NCBI GenBank assembly: GCA_964598565.1
Contig: CAZRCG010000006.1
Span: 37,624-101,623 of the forward strand
Source of the DNA: an uncultured Bacteriovoracaceae bacterium
GTDB taxonomy: Bacteria; Bdellovibrionota; UBA2394
Length of the DNA: 64,000 nucleotides
Reading direction: 5' to 3'
Positions 18,804-27,973 of the stretch are shown here, piece by piece. Positions within the stretch are counted from its first letter, which is position 1. Each line of letters opens with the position of its first letter. The notes beneath the pieces were generated by a model. The model did not search any database. It was not told the origin of the DNA and saw only the letters and a program-made list of their open reading frames with translations. The translations under genes and the position numbers were made by a program.

Positions 18804-20254
18804 GCGAAATTCTCGATCGTTATGAGCTAGTAATTGGACTCGAAGTTCATGCGCAGCTTCGAACTCATACTAAATTGATGAGCGCGGCATCGAATCAGTT
18901 TGGAGAAAATCCTAATACCGCTGTTTCAACCATATGCACCGGACTGCCAGGAGCGCTGCCTGTTCTCAATGAAGAAGCCGTCCGCCAAGCGCTTCTTGTG
19001 GCTATGGCTCTGGAGTGCTCCATTCAAAAAGTGTCAATTTTTTCTCGTAAGCATTATTTTTATCCTGATCTACCCAAGGGCTATCAAATTTCGCAGTACG
19101 ATCGACCCTATGCTTTAAAGGGCCGTGTGCCTTTTTATTTTAAAGGCGAAAAGAAATCGATCGGGCTGACGCGCATCCATATCGAAGAAGATGCGGGAAA
19201 AAATCTTCATTTTGAAGAACGAGGCGCTAGCTTGGTAGACCTTAATCGCTCGAGCGTGCCACTTATTGAGATTGTTTCAGAGCCCGAACTGCGATCGGCC
19301 GAAGAGGCTGCCGCTTATTTGAAAGCTTTGAGACTTATTTTGAGAACCTGCAACGTATGCGATGGAAATTTAGAAGAAGGTAATTTTCGTGTTGATGCCA
19401 ATGTGAGCTTGAGGCCTCTAAGTCAAAAAGCATTTGGTACTCGTGTGGAACTTAAGAACATCAACAGCTTTCGCAATCTTGAGAAAGCGATCGAGTACGA
19501 AGCCCTGAGGCAATTTGATGTCTTGGAACAGGGCGGCACCCTATCTCAAGAAACGAGACTCTGGGATGCCGAACAAAACAAATCGCATAGTATGCGCTCT
19601 AAAGAAGAGGCCTCGGACTATCGCTATATGCCAGAGCCAGATTTGCTGCCGCTTATTCTTGATGAGAGCCTCTGGCCTGAGATAAAAGCCAAACTGCCTC
19701 GCCTACCGATGGAAACGATGGATCATTTTATGACCACCTATGGTCGCAGTCTTTACGATGCCGAAGTGCTAACGGCTTCACGAGATTTAGCTGATTTGTA
19801 TGAGACGACTGCCACGGGTATTAATGACGCTCAATTGGCATCGAATTTCATTCAAACCCATGTTCTGGCAAAGATTGCAGATCCAGAACGAGATATCGCG
19901 ACGTTTTATCCGGACGCTCCGGCCCTCACTCTGCTACTGAAGCGTATTAAAGATGGTACGCTCTCTCTGAATCTGGCCAAAGATGTTTTTGAAGAGATGA
20001 TGATTTCCAAAAAATCGGCCGATGAAATTATCTCTGAGAAAAATCTCGCTCAAATCAGCGATGAAAGCGCGTTGGTGTCTGCACTACGAAGCGTATTGGC
20101 AGCTCATCCCACGCAAGTAAACGATTTTAGATCGGGTAAAGAAAAGATTTTTGGTTTTCTTATGGGACAGTGCCAGAAAGCTCTCGCTGGCAAAGCCAAT
20201 CCGGCCTTGCTAAAATCACTGCTTGAAAAGGAACTTAGAACAGGTTCTAACTAA
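18797..20254 (+). CDS. gatB: Glu-tRNA(Gln)/Asp-tRNA(Asn) amidotransferase subunit B
   Basis: Typical GatB N-terminus YELVIGLEVHAQL; 485 aa; overlaps gatA stop. Confidence 0.93.
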   Translation: MLSEILDRYELVIGLEVHAQLRTHTKLMSAASNQFGENPNTAVSTICTGLPGALPVLNEEAVRQALLVAMALECSIQKVSIFSRKHYFYPDLPKGYQISQYDRPYALKGRVPFYFKGEKKSIGLTRIHIEEDAGKNLHFEERGASLVDLNRSSVPLIEIVSEPELRSAEEAAAYLKALRLILRTCNVCDGNLEEGNFRVDANVSLRPLSQKAFGTRVELKNINSFRNLEKAIEYEALRQFDVLEQGGTLSQETRLWDAEQNKSHSMRSKEEASDYRYMPEPDLLPLILDESLWPEIKAKLPRLPMETMDHFMTTYGRSLYDAEVLTASRDLADLYETTATGINDAQLASNFIQTHVLAKIADPERDIATFYPDAPALTLLLKRIKDGTLSLNLAKDVFEEMMISKKSADEIISEKNLAQISDESALVSALRSVLAAHPTQVNDFRSGKEKIFGFLMGQCQKALAGKANPALLKSLLEKELRTGSN

Positions 20255-20271
20255 AATGAAGGAGGGTCGCT

Positions 20272-21261
20272 ATGTCAAAGATCGTACCACACACAAAGGC
20301 AAATGAAGGTGAGGCGGCTGTGACCACAAAACCTTACGGTTCCAAGCTCGGCAAAAAAATTTGGTTTAATGGTGAGCTCAAAAATGCGGAAGATACGAAT
20401 GTTCATATTACCGCACATTCGCTGCACTACGGCCTTGCGGCTTTTGAAGGGATTCGAGCTTACAAACTGACGGACGGATCGATTGGCATTTTTCGTTGCG
20501 AAGACCATATGCTTCGTTTCATTCAGAGCTGTCATACAGGAGTTTTGCCGCTCAAATATACGCTGGACGAGCTTGTAGAAGCTTGTCGACTCACGGTGAA
20601 AGAATCAGGTTTTGGCGCCTGCTACCTGCGACCTCTCGGATTTTTGGATGCTGGCCCCTTGGGCGTGTATTTTGATCCTCAGACGCATCCTTTTTCGGTA
20701 GCGATTATCGCGATGGATTGGGGCAAGTACCTCGGGGACAATGCCATGAAAAAGGGCTCGCGACTTAAAATTTCGTCCTTCACAAGACATCATCCCAATA
20801 TCGCGATGACCAAGGCTAAATTTACGGGAAATTATATTAACGGTGTTATGGCAAAAGCAGAAGCTCGATCGATGGGCTTTGATGAAGCGCTGATGCTTGA
20901 CCCTGAAGGTTATGTAGCCGAAGGCACCGGAGAGAATATTTTTCTCTACAGTCGAGGCAAAATATTCACTCCGTCCGTTGAGACCGTATTGTCCGGAATT
21001 ACTCGTGACACAGTGGGTCATATTTTAAAGGACATGAACCTCACGGTGGTCGAGCGTCGTCTCACCCGCGATGAACTTTATAATGCGGACGAGGTTTTTT
21101 TGACCGGCACGGCGGCCGAGATTACTCCTGTGGCCGAGATTGATATGCGTGCCATTGGCACAGGAAGGCCTGGCCCAATAACTCTTGAAGTTCAGCGACG
21201 ATTTTTTGACATTGTGACCGGCGTGGACTCACAATATAGCAAGTGGATTACCAAAGTCTGA
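20272..21261 (+). CDS. ilvE: Branched-chain amino acid aminotransferase (class IV)
   Basis: IWFNGELKNAEDTNVHITAHSLHYGLAAFEGIRAY matches the IlvE N-terminal signature. Confidence 0.88.
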   Translation: MSKIVPHTKANEGEAAVTTKPYGSKLGKKIWFNGELKNAEDTNVHITAHSLHYGLAAFEGIRAYKLTDGSIGIFRCEDHMLRFIQSCHTGVLPLKYTLDELVEACRLTVKESGFGACYLRPLGFLDAGPLGVYFDPQTHPFSVAIIAMDWGKYLGDNAMKKGSRLKISSFTRHHPNIAMTKAKFTGNYINGVMAKAEARSMGFDEALMLDPEGYVAEGTGENIFLYSRGKIFTPSVETVLSGITRDTVGHILKDMNLTVVERRLTRDELYNADEVFLTGTAAEITPVAEIDMRAIGTGRPGPITLEVQRRFFDIVTGVDSQYSKWITKV

Positions 21262-21839
21262 TTAAAAGAGATTCTAAAACGCGTTCTCATTTCGCTATTT
21301 TTTCCTACGGGATTGCTGTGCCTGTAGTCGTGGCGCTGGGCCTACTGGGTTTAACGGGATGTGCCGCCCATCAAGAACCTGTTCGTACATCAGATGCCCT
21401 CAATTTTAAGCGCATTTTTCTGCCGTTCACCTCTGTCACAAAAGCAACTCGCGACAGCCTTCTGTGGATCGAGGGCATGGAGCTTAGAGTAGAAGATATG
21501 GCCCGAGGTCTCTTTGTAACCGAGTGGCAAAACAATTCACCTGACAATCGCTTCAGAATCACCCTTCGAATTCAACAAGAGTTCTCATCCAGTGGGGAAA
21601 GCAGCATGATCTCTGCGCATGCTGAAGAGCAGGTTTTGATCAACAATAGCTGGCAAGAGGTACCCTCGTCGGGACAATGGGAGAAAGATATCATGAACGC
21701 CATTGAATCGAGACTCGTATCACGCTCGCCAGGCACGGGGCCAGACGCAGGCAGACATTTAAGCATAGGGACCGGTGCAGGGCCAGATATCGAGGCCCGC
21801 CCCATCCATACTAATCCTACCAAGAGGGCGCATGACTGA
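21243..21839 (+). CDS. Putative lipoprotein (hypothetical); start uncertain
   Basis: Signal peptide with lipobox-like LLGLTGC; no recognised domain. Confidence 0.5.
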   Translation: MDYQSLIKRDSKTRSHFAIFSYGIAVPVVVALGLLGLTGCAAHQEPVRTSDALNFKRIFLPFTSVTKATRDSLLWIEGMELRVEDMARGLFVTEWQNNSPDNRFRITLRIQQEFSSSGESSMISAHAEEQVLINNSWQEVPSSGQWEKDIMNAIESRLVSRSPGTGPDAGRHLSIGTGAGPDIEARPIHTNPTKRAHD

Positions 21840-23505
21840 GAAGCCAGGCGCTCCACTGCCACCTCCCCCTCAAGCACCGCAGGTTTTTGGACGTTACCAA
21901 ATTATAGAACCGCTGGCCAAGGGCGGTATGGCTCAGGTCTATCGAGCCAAATCCACTCAAGGCCGAATTTTCACTCTCAAGAAAATTTTGAAGGATTATT
22001 CAGACAATCCTGATTTTGTAAAAATGTTTTTGGAAGAAGCCAAGCTCTCCCTGTCGATGAAACATCCTCAGGTGGTTCGCGTATTAGACTTTGGACAAAT
22101 TGAAGAGTCTTACTTTTTAGCCATGGAATACGTCTTTGGCAGAGACTTAAGCGCGGTTCTTAAAAAATCAGCCGAGCTTAAAATTTTTATACCCATCGAT
22201 GTGGTCTGCAATATCATTTATCAGTGTTGTTTAGGTTTGCACTACGCTCATACCCTACAAGATACGTTTGGGAATCCGCTCAATATCGTTCACCGAGATA
22301 TTTCTCCTCCGAATGTGCTCGTGAGCTACAACGGCGAAGTAAAAATTCTCGATTTTGGCATTGCCAAAGCGGTGAGCTCCTCGCGACGGGAAGAAACGCG
22401 AAGTGGCGTTCTAAAAGGCAAATTTTCGTATATGTCTCCGGAGCAAGCCAGCGGCAAACCGCTCACCGCTCAAAGCGATGTATTTAGTTTAGGAACGGTT
22501 TTTTATGAGCTTCTCACCTCGAAGAATCTTTTCTACCGCCCCGATGAGTTAGAAACCCTAGAGGCCGTGAAAAAGGGAGTCATTCCACCCATTCGAAAAA
22601 TTCGAGGTGATGTAACGGCAGGTCTTGAAAAAATTGTTTTGAAGGCTTTGGCCGCTAAAACAAAAAATCGGTATTCGTCGGCCGCTGAGATGAGTGAAGA
22701 CGTTCGACTTTTTATGCACGAGCATTATTCGCATAGCGACGCGCGTATGACGGCTCGTTTTTTGAGAAAGCTTTTCTCTCAAGACTTTGAGGTTAGAAGC
22801 CCCGTGGCAATCAGCGAAGGCTGGCAAGATATTTTAGATGTAGGCGGCTTAGATGAAGACCTTCTTCTCGACGTTTCAGAGCCGGGTACCGAAACACAGT
22901 CGCTTCGACCCCTCGTTCGCCCGCATCAACTTCAGTGGCATGAGAAGCTTATTTATGATCCTCATATGGTGAGACGTATTCAAACGGGCTTTCTACAGTT
23001 CATTCTCTTGGTGGGTGTATTTTTAGCGTCATTCATGAGCTACGATTATATTCGTAGGTGGCAGGATGAACCTCTGACAACGAATCAAGTGGTCGTGGCG
23101 CCGATTGACTCACTTACACCTTCTGCCTCTCCTGCAGCCGTCGGCACCTTTCAATACTGGAAGAGTCAGGGAGAAAATCATGAGGCGCAGAAGAACCTCG
23201 AAGCCGCCCTACAAAGTTATAAGCGCGCTCTTGAAATCAGCCCCTTTGACGAAGACTTGCTGACGCGTGTCGATTTCTTGGAACTTGCGACCGGGGCCAT
23301 CACCTCATCGTGCGAGCGCTTGATGCGATCGACTAAATTGGCGACTCGAGAGCGTTTACTATCCGAGGCTTACTGCTTGCATGCCCAAGGCTTTCGAATG
23401 CGAGCACTCACAGCCTATAGCCAATTTATTTCTCGATTTCCTGAAGATCCTTTGGTGCCGGCGCTGCAACTGGCCCTCGCAGAACTAAAACGAAATCAGC
23501 CCTGA
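21832..23505 (+). CDS. Eukaryotic-like Ser/Thr protein kinase with C-terminal transmembrane segment and TPR-like region
   Basis: Kinase subdomains: AKGGMAQVYRA, HRDISPPNVLV, DFGIAKA, SYMSPEQ; hydrophobic segment FLQFILLVGVFLASF; start refined to ATG at 21832. Confidence 0.85.
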   Translation: MTEKPGAPLPPPPQAPQVFGRYQIIEPLAKGGMAQVYRAKSTQGRIFTLKKILKDYSDNPDFVKMFLEEAKLSLSMKHPQVVRVLDFGQIEESYFLAMEYVFGRDLSAVLKKSAELKIFIPIDVVCNIIYQCCLGLHYAHTLQDTFGNPLNIVHRDISPPNVLVSYNGEVKILDFGIAKAVSSSRREETRSGVLKGKFSYMSPEQASGKPLTAQSDVFSLGTVFYELLTSKNLFYRPDELETLEAVKKGVIPPIRKIRGDVTAGLEKIVLKALAAKTKNRYSSAAEMSEDVRLFMHEHYSHSDARMTARFLRKLFSQDFEVRSPVAISEGWQDILDVGGLDEDLLLDVSEPGTETQSLRPLVRPHQLQWHEKLIYDPHMVRRIQTGFLQFILLVGVFLASFMSYDYIRRWQDEPLTTNQVVVAPIDSLTPSASPAAVGTFQYWKSQGENHEAQKNLEAALQSYKRALEISPFDEDLLTRVDFLELATGAITSSCERLMRSTKLATRERLLSEAYCLHAQGFRMRALTAYSQFISRFPEDPLVPALQLALAELKRNQP

Positions 23506-23567
23506 CGATAGCGAATGGGGGAATGTCACTATGCGGCAGCCGATTGGGTGATTGAAGATGGCAGTTA

Positions 23568-25130
23568 TTACGGCTGGATCACCTCTATAAGGCGCGCCGC
23601 ACGTTCAGGACTAAAGCCGTGAAAAACGGGTGAGTCGGCAGGGCCTACGTTCGAGGAGTAGCCGATGATATCGTGAGAGGCGGGCAGTGGCTTGATACCC
23701 GAAAAAATCCATTGAGATTTTTGAGGCAATTCCTGGGGTGATTCTTGAGACGATTCTTGAGGAGCTTTTGAGCCCCCCGCAGGCTTAGGCCATGGGCTCG
23801 AAACCACCGTCTCTTTAAACTCAACCAAAAGACCTCGGTCGAATTGTTGGCTATTATTCTTAACAATGATTCCGTAGGCACGACGGCCTGACCCATCATC
23901 TTTCGAAGGCTGCGAGATCATCTCGGGTCGACTCACAATTTCAACTCCCGGATACCCCGCATTTAGCAAATGCCTATTTAGGGACTCCCATGACGCCCCC
24001 ATGGCTTTCCCGACTTGCGCATGAAACGGAGTTGTCATGACGTGAATCATTTCTGTCTGAAGGGCCTCTGAAATAATTTCACGTTGCTGAAGGTCGTTTG
24101 ATTCGGCGGCAAGAGCCCAAGCGTTCAGTTCAGACTCTAAAGACTTAGAACCTAACTGATGTATCAGAGAACCTCCGGCGAGCAGGCCGGCTGCAAGACT
24201 CAGGCCTTTAAGACGAGACCCACAAGAACGAAAATCTGAATAACTTCTCCACTCGGAGCCACTCATCTCTCGAGATGCTCGCAGCACCTGTCGACGTTCT
24301 TGAAAACTCCGAACCGTTTGTCTCAAATGGTTTCGATAGGTCTTTTCACTTGAAAGTGTCCATGAGCCCGCTTCGATGGCACTCTGCCTTTTTGCACCTA
24401 GTGCTTCGACGGCATTGATGGTCTGTTCCCACGGCTTCAAGATAAGTGATCCCACACGACCATAGTCTTTTTCAAAGGCTTTCTTTATTGAGACCAACAT
24501 CTGATTTTGTCGGCGCGCCGCATGAAGAGTCTGTTGAAATGCGGGCGACTGATTGCGAATCAACGATCTATCAGGCGCCGATAATTTTTTAGAGGTCATC
24601 CATTCTTGTATCTTCGATTCTTGAAGGCCCCCACTCGACAGGCTAAGGAGCCTGGATGATCTTAAACCTGCGTTTTGAAAACTGGGGGCCAAATTAGTTT
24701 TGGACGATAAGAACGTTTTCAGTTTCTGAACAGCGAACGGAACTGCCGCCAATACAAGAAGACTCTCGGTAAGTGTCACGACATCCAGCGAATCCCCATA
24801 GCGCTGTAAGACCGACGAATTATTCCACTCTTGTATTTTGGCCTGATAAGCTTGCGGCGATCGTTCGTAGACTTGAGCCGTCACCTCCGACGAAAGCTCT
24901 AAAGGACTCTGTTGGAGAGCGCGTTCGATGAGGCGTATCTCCGTGGGCGACCAAGAATCATCGGCTACCGAGGCTTGCAGTAAAATGGCCATGAAGACAG
25001 CGAAACCTACGGTAAGGAGACGCAAAAATGGCTGCGATAATTTGCACGCCGATAAGCAGGTTTCTAACGACGTACACAAGCTAAAGATCATACGCTCTAT
25101 ATAGAGAGCAAAGACTGTGCCAAATATCAA
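23568..25130 (-). CDS. Hypothetical protein, low-complexity Ser/Gln-rich, probably secreted or membrane-anchored
   Basis: Long ORF (520 aa) with N-terminal hydrophobic segment; no recognisable catalytic motifs. Confidence 0.45.
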   Translation of the reverse strand: MIFGTVFALYIERMIFSLCTSLETCLSACKLSQPFLRLLTVGFAVFMAILLQASVADDSWSPTEIRLIERALQQSPLELSSEVTAQVYERSPQAYQAKIQEWNNSSVLQRYGDSLDVVTLTESLLVLAAVPFAVQKLKTFLSSKTNLAPSFQNAGLRSSRLLSLSSGGLQESKIQEWMTSKKLSAPDRSLIRNQSPAFQQTLHAARRQNQMLVSIKKAFEKDYGRVGSLILKPWEQTINAVEALGAKRQSAIEAGSWTLSSEKTYRNHLRQTVRSFQERRQVLRASREMSGSEWRSYSDFRSCGSRLKGLSLAAGLLAGGSLIHQLGSKSLESELNAWALAAESNDLQQREIISEALQTEMIHVMTTPFHAQVGKAMGASWESLNRHLLNAGYPGVEIVSRPEMISQPSKDDGSGRRAYGIIVKNNSQQFDRGLLVEFKETVVSSPWPKPAGGSKAPQESSQESPQELPQKSQWIFSGIKPLPASHDIIGYSSNVGPADSPVFHGFSPERAARLIEVIQP

Positions 25131-25264
25131 TTATCTGTGAGCGCACCCTAAAGATGATCAGTCCAATTGAAATTGGTCTAGAGCACGTATTGCACGCAAT
25201 TGCATAACCAGGATTTTGAGGAGATGGCCCTGTAGCGCCCTTATAAATAGCCTGGCCTTTAAAC

Positions 25265-25335
25265 AAGGCGGCACCCGGATTTGAACCGGGGATGAGGATT
25301 TTGCAGACCCTTGCCTTACCACTTGGCTATGCCGC
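25265..25335 (-). tRNA. tRNA-Cys (anticodon GCA)
   Basis: Manual fold of the minus-strand sequence GGCGGCAUAGCCAAGUGGUAAGGCAAGGGUCUGCAAAAUCCUCAUCCCCGGUUCAAAUCCGGGUGCCGCCU: 7-bp acceptor stem, anticodon loop CUGCAAA, T-loop UUCAAAU, U discriminator typical of tRNA-Cys; no encoded CCA. Confidence 0.9.
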
Positions 25336-25426
25336 CATCATCTTGCGCGAGGACCAAGCCGTCTCGATTGAGTCGCCATGGTTCGTCGCCATCAAACCCC
25401 TAAAACTACGCACTACTCTCTTCGTC

Positions 25427-25765
25427 CTACGCACCGTCTTCTTCGTCGACAAGTGAAATGATTCGCTGTCGATCGGACTCTTTGAGGTCTAAAAACTGAA
25501 TACCAAAGCCTGCCGGCAGAGAGCCATAACTATGTTCGAGAGAATGCCGCACTTCTCCCGTTACTTCAATGGGGTGACCATCAGGCAACTCAAACGATAC
25601 ACGAATTAGCGCGGCTAAAGGGGGCGGAAGTAAGGTCTGCGCATAAAGCCCCCCTTCCCCAAGCGTGGTGGTTAAACAAGAACGGGCTTCTCCGTCCACC
25701 ACAAATTTAATAGGAATTGAGAGATCTCGACGTAAGTAACGTCGTTTAATTGACGGAGCATCCAT
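25427..25765 (-). CDS. PilZ-domain protein (putative c-di-GMP receptor)
   Basis: RRYLRR (RxxxR-like) and TTLGEGGLY (DxSxxG-like) motifs in a 112-aa protein. Confidence 0.65.
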   Translation of the reverse strand: MDAPSIKRRYLRRDLSIPIKFVVDGEARSCLTTTLGEGGLYAQTLLPPPLAALIRVSFELPDGHPIEVTGEVRHSLEHSYGSLPAGFGIQFLDLKESDRQRIISLVDEEDGA

Positions 25766-25799
25766 AGGATGAAGTTAGACGAGAGTCTTTTGTTCTGTC

Positions 25800-26345
25800 A
25801 TGATCAAAAAGGTGCTGCCTCTTCTCATCGATGGCTATAATCTTCTGCATGCTGTCTTTAAAGATACATCGTCCACGACCCTTGAAGCCCAGCGTGGAGC
25901 TCTTTTACGGCAATTGAGCGCCTACCAAGCCACCAAAGAGGTGGCGATCACCATCGTCTTCGACGGTTCTGAAGAGGCGGCCGTCTTTCAACCTCGAGAC
26001 CGTTATGGCGCGATTGACATCGTTTTTACTCACCGAGGCGTTACGGCCGACGACTGGATTATTGGGGAATGTGAGGCAAAGCCTGGCGCTTTTGTGGTGG
26101 TCACGAACGATCGTCAGATTGCCACCACCGTCGAGACGTATTCGTGCTGGGTCGTATCGTGCCAAGAATTTTTGTCGAGACTTCGCGCCAATCTCGAAGA
26201 AAATGACGACAACTTCATTGCCTTCGAAAAACTAGAAATGGAAGACCTGCCGCTTTATCCAAAGGTATCGACAAAAAAAAGAGGCTCCGCAAAAAAGCTT
26301 CCTAAACGAGCGCGTAAGAAACAGCAGTTTCTCAATCGACTCTAG
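25800..26345 (+). CDS. NYN-domain protein (YacP/Rae1-like predicted ribonuclease)
   Basis: N-terminal LLIDGYNLLHA motif typical of YacP-like NYN domains; basic C-terminal tail. Confidence 0.7.
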   Translation: MIKKVLPLLIDGYNLLHAVFKDTSSTTLEAQRGALLRQLSAYQATKEVAITIVFDGSEEAAVFQPRDRYGAIDIVFTHRGVTADDWIIGECEAKPGAFVVVTNDRQIATTVETYSCWVVSCQEFLSRLRANLEENDDNFIAFEKLEMEDLPLYPKVSTKKRGSAKKLPKRARKKQQFLNRL

Positions 26346-26637
26346 GGGAAAAATTCTCTACGGCTGCCAGACGAAAAACCACGATGAGAAGTCATCCCCA
26401 AGCTCAAACGAGTGGTCAGCGACCAAACCCACCCATGGGCCCTAGAATGACTCCAACTTGTCATTCGTTTATGAAATCGTCATAACGATTCGTGGGAAGA
26501 AAGAAGTACGCACCCAGCTCAGAAAAAGAGGAACAACCAGGGCATCTCCCCATTTGGATCGATGGCCATCGTGAGCGAGGCAGATACATCACCATTTGCT
26601 TGTTGATTGCCTCATTGATTACACACGTCAACCGTCA

Positions 26638-27447
26638 CTACTTCGCCTTGTGCGAAGCCATATAGGGCCACTCCGAAAAACTGAGTGAAACAGGATTTAC
26701 CGGACTACCGTCGCGACGGACCTCAAAATGTAAATGGGGTCCTGAGGTACGACCACTCTGACCCGCGCTTCCCACTATATCCCCACGATCTACCGAAGCT
26801 CCGCGACGCAGACTCAGCTCTGAAAGATGCGCGTAAAGACTCGACCAGCCATCACCATGGTATACGACCACGGTCTTTCCATAGCCCGACATCGTACCCG
26901 AAAAAACAACGCGACCCGGTAAGGTCGAACGCACCGGCGTCCCGTAAGCCGCACGAAGATCGAGTCCCTCATGCACGCGACCCCGTCGTAGGCCGAAACC
27001 TGAAATAATTCTTGCGTTCTCAACGGGCCAAAGCCAACTGGCTTGCTTTTTGATGCGAGGATAGAGCGTGCGATGCGAGGCCCATGGAATTTCTTTGAGG
27101 TCCGCACGCTCCTCGACGGTGACTGTGGTGGGAGCGATGACTGTGGAGGAATCTGCACCAGAAGCGGTACCTGGCGTAGAAGTCGTGGTTGACGTCGAAG
27201 GTACAGTCGAAGATGCAATCGCCGTGGCCGCTTTCGATGCCGATCGCTTGGAAGATGTCTTTGACGAGTTACCCTTGGAATTAGACGAAGGTGTGATAGC
27301 CGACAGACCATCGTTCAAACTTTTAAAGAAAATTTGGCGAGCATTTTCTCGTTCACGAGAGACCCAGGGGGCGGAAGCTTGAGAACCGTTTTGCCAGGGC
27401 GTCGCGGCCACAAGAAAGGTGAGACAGAGAGAAAACATCTGCCTCAT
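26638..27447 (-). CDS. M23-family metallopeptidase with signal peptide and Ser/Thr-rich linker
   Basis: HEGLDLRA ... GYGKTVVVYHGDGWSSLYAHLS ... GPHLHFEV motifs of the M23/LytM fold. Confidence 0.85.
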   Translation of the reverse strand: MRQMFSLCLTFLVAATPWQNGSQASAPWVSRERENARQIFFKSLNDGLSAITPSSNSKGNSSKTSSKRSASKAATAIASSTVPSTSTTTSTPGTASGADSSTVIAPTTVTVEERADLKEIPWASHRTLYPRIKKQASWLWPVENARIISGFGLRRGRVHEGLDLRAAYGTPVRSTLPGRVVFSGTMSGYGKTVVVYHGDGWSSLYAHLSELSLRRGASVDRGDIVGSAGQSGRTSGPHLHFEVRRDGSPVNPVSLSFSEWPYMASHKAK

Positions 27448-27565
27448 TGTAACTCATTCCAAAACATGACCTGCAGTGTTAAACTGGCACTATATTTGTC
27501 ACTTTTCTGGCATCCTTCTTGCCGCTCTTATGGAAGTGAATGAGCCTCACCCCCCAAGTTTTGTA

Positions 27566-27892
27566 TCAAAAAGGCCCAAGCTCTTGAGAAAATGCCGCTG
27601 AGTCAGAATGCGGCCTAAGAAACTGGACACCCACTTGATAGCCCTGAGCGACACGACGACAATAGGTGACAACCGCCTGACGTTCTTGCTTTTGAGACAT
27701 TTCGGCACCGCGGCGCAGCGTGAAACAAATCAGCAAGGACATTCCAATGGGAAAGTCGGCGTCTGATAAGAGCTGAAGGCCTCCCGCCCCTAAATCTTGA
27801 GCTGTGGCATATTCAATGCCTCGAGAAGAAACAATACGTAGGGCCTCAGAAAACTGGCTCCGAGGAAACGATCTTTTTGCGCTGTATGCCAT
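27566..27892 (-). CDS. PilZ-domain-like small protein
   Basis: KRSFPRSQF and AQDLGAGGLQL resemble PilZ RxxxR and DxSxxG motifs; weaker match than the other two PilZ proteins. Confidence 0.55.
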   Translation of the reverse strand: MAYSAKRSFPRSQFSEALRIVSSRGIEYATAQDLGAGGLQLLSDADFPIGMSLLICFTLRRGAEMSQKQERQAVVTYCRRVAQGYQVGVQFLRPHSDSAAFSQELGPF

Positions 27893-27973
27893 AGAGGGCT
27901 TTATTAGACTATTATTTCAAGGTTCACAAGCCCCCCCATACCGTTAACGACTAAGGCCCTTTACAATAAAAGA

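Noticed and set aside
25131-25426. Genomic island integrated at the tRNA-Cys gene
   Set aside because: No integrase, excisionase, transposase or flanking direct repeat of the tRNA 3' end was seen; neighbouring genes look like ordinary lineage-specific or core genes.
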